Assembly (NCBI GenBank): GCA_002269645.1
Contig: NIVC01000019.1
Coordinates: 310,001 to 374,000 of the forward strand
Origin: Macrostomum lignano
Lineage: Eukaryota
Length of the DNA: 64,000 nucleotides
Direction of reading: 5' to 3'
Shown here: piece after piece, positions 60,530-64,000 of the stretch
How the letters are laid out: each line of letters begins with the position of its first letter
Position numbering within the stretch: the stretch's first letter is position 1
Program-made: the position numbers and the translations under genes
The notes under the pieces: model-generated
Told to the model about the DNA's origin: nothing
The model's database searches: none
The model's input: only the letters and a program-made list of their open reading frames with translations

Positions 60530-62164
60530 ATGTTTAAGCGACAATCCATGGGCAAGTCGCTGGCTAATGGCAAGCAGCAGCAGCAGGCTCTGCCAAACCC
60601 TCAGGACCGCCCCATGTCAATGATCAGCAGTGGCGGCGGTTTCAGCGGCCTGTTCCGCTCAAAGCAGTTTAAATTGTCTCAATCTACAGCTTCTCTGGCT
60701 TCATCTTCCTCTGGAGCATCTGGCATTGATTACATTGTCAACGAGCCCAGCGCTGCCAGGCCGCAGTCTTATCAGCAGCTGCAGCAGTACCAGAACCAGT
60801 ACCGCCCGCATCAGCAGCAGCAGCAGCATCGGTCTGTTGAAAATCTATCAGATCATCGCCTGTTTGTAGCTAACTCTGGCGCCGCAAATATTTCTGCGCC
60901 ATCATCTGCTCAGCCTCGCCCGGCGCAGTCATCAGCTTGGCAGCAGCAGAGGGAAGCCAAATCTGCCAGTTTGCCACCGCAGCCGCCGCGGCTGCAGCAT
61001 CAACGTGAAGCTTCCAGCGGTTCGATTGCACTTCAAAGCGGCAGTCGTCAGTTGCGCCAAGCCGCCACAGCCCTGTGCGTTCATTGTGCCGTTGGCGCCT
61101 GCAGCCTCCGCCTAGCGGCTGAGCGCCTCATCCTCACCTGGGACGTCTGGCCCACAGCCTCCGCCTCCGAGGAAGACGAAAGCGGGAGCGGAGACGGGCA
61201 GTCCGCCCTTAACGAGGCCGACACAGAGGCACGCCTACGTCGCGAGCTGGACAGTGTCCGGCTGCTGTCCGAGCTTCTCAGAGCCCGCCTACTGTCCGTC
61301 TCGGCCGATCCGACCGCCGAAGCCGACAGCGAAGCGGCCGAATGCGTTCAGCGTCTTCAGGGCGCCGTGTTGGCAGCCGCTGCCGCCGGCAACGCGCTGG
61401 CGTCTCTGCCTGCGATTGCTCGGTGGCGTCAGGACCAGCAGCTGTCGGAGCAGTCGCAGCATCTGCAACCGCAGCGATTGAATTTCCATCAAGTCCGCCT
61501 GCACTGCGACCGCATCGAAGCGGCCCTTGTCGGTCTGCAGGTGGCCGTGTCCGTGGAGATTGGCAGCGTCAGTTTCGTTGGCAACGGCGTCAGTGGCAGC
61601 GGCGGCGGCTCTGGTAGCGGCGCTGACAGCGGCGGCGCCTGCCTGGTGCTGCAATGCGAGCGGCTGTCGCGGTCCCTCAGCGACTTGGCCGCCGCCTGCC
61701 GGCCCCAGGCGCTGCCAGCCGCCTGCCAGCCAGCCGACCGGGAGGCCCTGCAGCTCTGCCTGCGATCCGTCACGGCCGGTGCCACCCTGCTGCTGCACGC
61801 CGTCCGCACCGCGCACAACCGGCCGGCCGATGCCGACTGCCGCGGCCGGGTCGAACTCGCCATTAGCGGCTTGCGGCCGGCGCTGCGCGCCCTACTTGGC
61901 GCCGCGTCTGAGGCGCGTTTCTCTGGCCGGCCGTTGGCGCTGACGGAGTCGGAGCGGGCGCGCCGAGTTCGAGTCCTGTGCCGCCTTCTGCCAGTCTTGT
62001 CGGCCGCCGGCAGCCTGCTGGCCTGCCTTGCCGACAGGCCGCCGTCTCCTGTCGCTGCCCGACGTTGGCAGCAGCGAGCCGGCGCCTGCATCGACGAGGT
62101 TAGACGAGTCAGCGCCGACTGTTTGACAGCGCTGGAGTCGGGCTTCTCTGTGAGGCGGGACTGA
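60530..62164 (+). CDS. TLNRD1: Talin rod domain-containing protein 1 (TLNRD1/MESDC1) orthologue with a Gln/Ser-rich N-terminal extension, single coding exon
   Basis: Open frame from ATG 60530 to TGA 62164. C-terminal helical blocks align by eye with MESDC1 (LCVHC..LRLAAERLIL; LSRSLSDLAAAC; REALQLCLRSVTAGATLLLHAVR; ALLGAASEARFSGR; VLSAAGSLLACLAD). Confidence 0.85.
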   Translation: MFKRQSMGKSLANGKQQQQALPNPQDRPMSMISSGGGFSGLFRSKQFKLSQSTASLASSSSGASGIDYIVNEPSAARPQSYQQLQQYQNQYRPHQQQQQHRSVENLSDHRLFVANSGAANISAPSSAQPRPAQSSAWQQQREAKSASLPPQPPRLQHQREASSGSIALQSGSRQLRQAATALCVHCAVGACSLRLAAERLILTWDVWPTASASEEDESGSGDGQSALNEADTEARLRRELDSVRLLSELLRARLLSVSADPTAEADSEAAECVQRLQGAVLAAAAAGNALASLPAIARWRQDQQLSEQSQHLQPQRLNFHQVRLHCDRIEAALVGLQVAVSVEIGSVSFVGNGVSGSGGGSGSGADSGGACLVLQCERLSRSLSDLAAACRPQALPAACQPADREALQLCLRSVTAGATLLLHAVRTAHNRPADADCRGRVELAISGLRPALRALLGAASEARFSGRPLALTESERARRVRVLCRLLPVLSAAGSLLACLADRPPSPVAARRWQQRAGACIDEVRRVSADCLTALESGFSVRRD

Positions 62165-62222
62165 GTTGTCAGTGTGCTCTGTCTCTGTACTGGCAGCGTC
62201 TATCAATCCGTAATTTCTGGTC

Positions 62223-62228
62223 AATAAA
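62223..62228 (+). terminator. Putative polyadenylation signal of the TLNRD1-like gene
   Basis: AATAAA ~60 nt after the stop codon. Confidence 0.5.
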
Positions 62229-62457
62229 AGTCTAAGAAGCCATTTGGAGCTTTAATAATCATTTATCGCTTAGTCTGCTGAGGCTCATAAATTATTATCA
62301 TTCATCTGCTTATGCTCGTGTACCAAAGCCGCCTTCTGTTGTATGTTTTTGTTTTGTAGAATATCTAGCGCCTTCATTGTATGTGTTTACTGTGTTTGGT
62401 CTCTGTGTGATCATGTGATAGTCTGGTGCGTATTTTACATAAAACTGCCATCCTCCC

Positions 62458-62900
62458 CGTTCCTCAGTTGCTGGGCCAGCCTCCCAGATCCTCAGTTGCT
62501 GGACCAGCCTTCCAGATCTTCAGTTGTTGGGCCAGCCTCCCAGATCCTCAGTTGTTGGTCCAGCCTCCCAGATCCTCAGTTGCTGGGCCAGCCTCCCAGA
62601 TCCTCAGTTGTTGGGCCAGCCTTCCAGATCCTCAGTTGCTGGGCCAGCCTTCCAGATCTTCAGTTGTTGGGCCAGCCTCCCAGATCCTCAGTTGTTGGTC
62701 CAGCCTCCCAGATCCTCAGTTGCTGGGCCAGCCTCCCAGATCCTCAGTTGTTGGGCCAGCCTCCCAGATCCTCAGTTGTTGGGCCAGCCTTCTAGATCCT
62801 CAGTTGCTGGGCCAGCCTCCCAGAGTGTCAGTTGCTGGGCCAGCCTCCCAGATCCTTAGTTGCTGGGCCAGCCTCCCAAATCCTCAGTTGCTGGGCCACC
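62458..62900. repeat. 28-bp tandem array (cctcagttgctgggccagcctcccagat), ~16 copies
   Basis: Direct observation; head-to-tail with no spacers. Confidence 0.96.
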
Positions 62901-64000
62901 GCCAGTCTCCCTGGATCTTTAACATCATTAAAAACCGTACAATTGAATTAGTTAAATTTTCATATTCCAAAGCCTGTTACTGTATTTTGCTGCAAAGCTG
63001 ATTCATTGTGAATTCAGCAAATTTTTAATTGCCAATTATCGCATTCGTGTTGGCAGGTGAAATCGAATTTTATTGAATACTCCTTGCTTACTTCAGGCCC
63101 GAAGGCTTGCTATAATTTTCTTCATATGTCCAGCGCTCAAAGCTTCGAGGCTATTGTGGCCGACTGTGATTTCGGGAATGATTTTGTTTACTCAGAAAAT
63201 TTATTGCAAGCTTATCTACATTTACTCAATGTTTCCATTATCGAGTTATAACTATTATTTATTCTCGGTTTCTACTATTCGTTCGTCGGCTGTGAGATTT
63301 TCGTTTTGCGTCTTTTATCTGTTTCTCGCTTTAATCAGGATCTTGGGGAAGTCTCAGGGCGGCCAGCTAGTCAATACTTGAAGCCTGCTAATTCATAAAT
63401 CAAGTTTTCAATGCCGCCATGCAGTCTCCCTGTCATCAGAAGCTTGTCGAGCGTGACTCTGAGCACATTTGTTACCGGCTACTCTCTGTATGAGTCGTTT
63501 TTCATCTCCATCATCTTTTAGGGTTAGACACATTATCAAGAGTAATGTTAGTGGGCGTTATTAATTGGAATCTCGGCTTGGCTCTGCTCGTGCAGTTAAC
63601 GCCACGGCCCTGAGGGCCAACCCCCAAGGCACAGGGAAGAAGTTGTACATGCCTAACAATAAATCAAGTTAGGGCCACTGCACAGCCTATGTCTAATCCT
63701 GTGTCATTATCAATGAGTTGTCGGTATTGCCTTTATTAACAAAAAATCGCATTGACTGTAATTTATGAATGTTTCAATTAAAGATTATATAAATATATAA
63801 GCGATTTAATTGGCCATCGATTCAGCAATCTACGGTTTTAAATTTGGAATTATATTAATTGCATGCCTTCTTCAGTTGAAATTATCTTGTCAATTGGGTG
63901 TTGCATTAGCTCAGCAGGTTTATTAACTTTCTTGAATTTGTTGCTATTTTTAGACATTAAAATTAGAGTCCCGTTTAGGCATATGTATGTATATATTGTA

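Overview
Eukaryotic (animal) genomic DNA, not prokaryotic. It has spliceosomal GT-AG introns, microsatellites and many 15-34 bp tandem arrays. The style fits a free-living flatworm such as Macrostomum, but that is inference only. Genes reconstructed by hand-splicing: a multi-SH2 adaptor (-, runs off the left edge), a GT32/SUR1-like glycosyltransferase (-), a Rac/RhoG-like GTPase (+), an MFSD8-like MFS transporter (-), an LHFPL tetraspan gene with a long Q-rich tail (-), two intact GM2-activator/ML-domain genes plus a pseudogenic third copy (+), an uncharacterised multi-pass membrane protein with a decayed partial duplicate (+), and a single-coding-exon TLNRD1/MESDC1 orthologue (+). Mobile DNA: two nested, decayed Ty3/Gypsy elements, a BEL/Pao remnant, a complete 1.55-kb non-autonomous LTR element with a 5-bp TSD, an hAT MITE with an 8-bp TSD, a foldback MITE with 12-bp flanking direct repeats, two tRNA-derived SINEs, and LINE and Penelope fragments. 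Main unexplained patterns: tandem arrays that repeatedly start just downstream of 5' splice sites, rare interruption motifs shared between separate GACA arrays, and sharply bounded CpG-free, TAGGCCTA-rich domains. No CRISPR array, rRNA or true tRNA gene is supported. All counts and alignments were done by eye.
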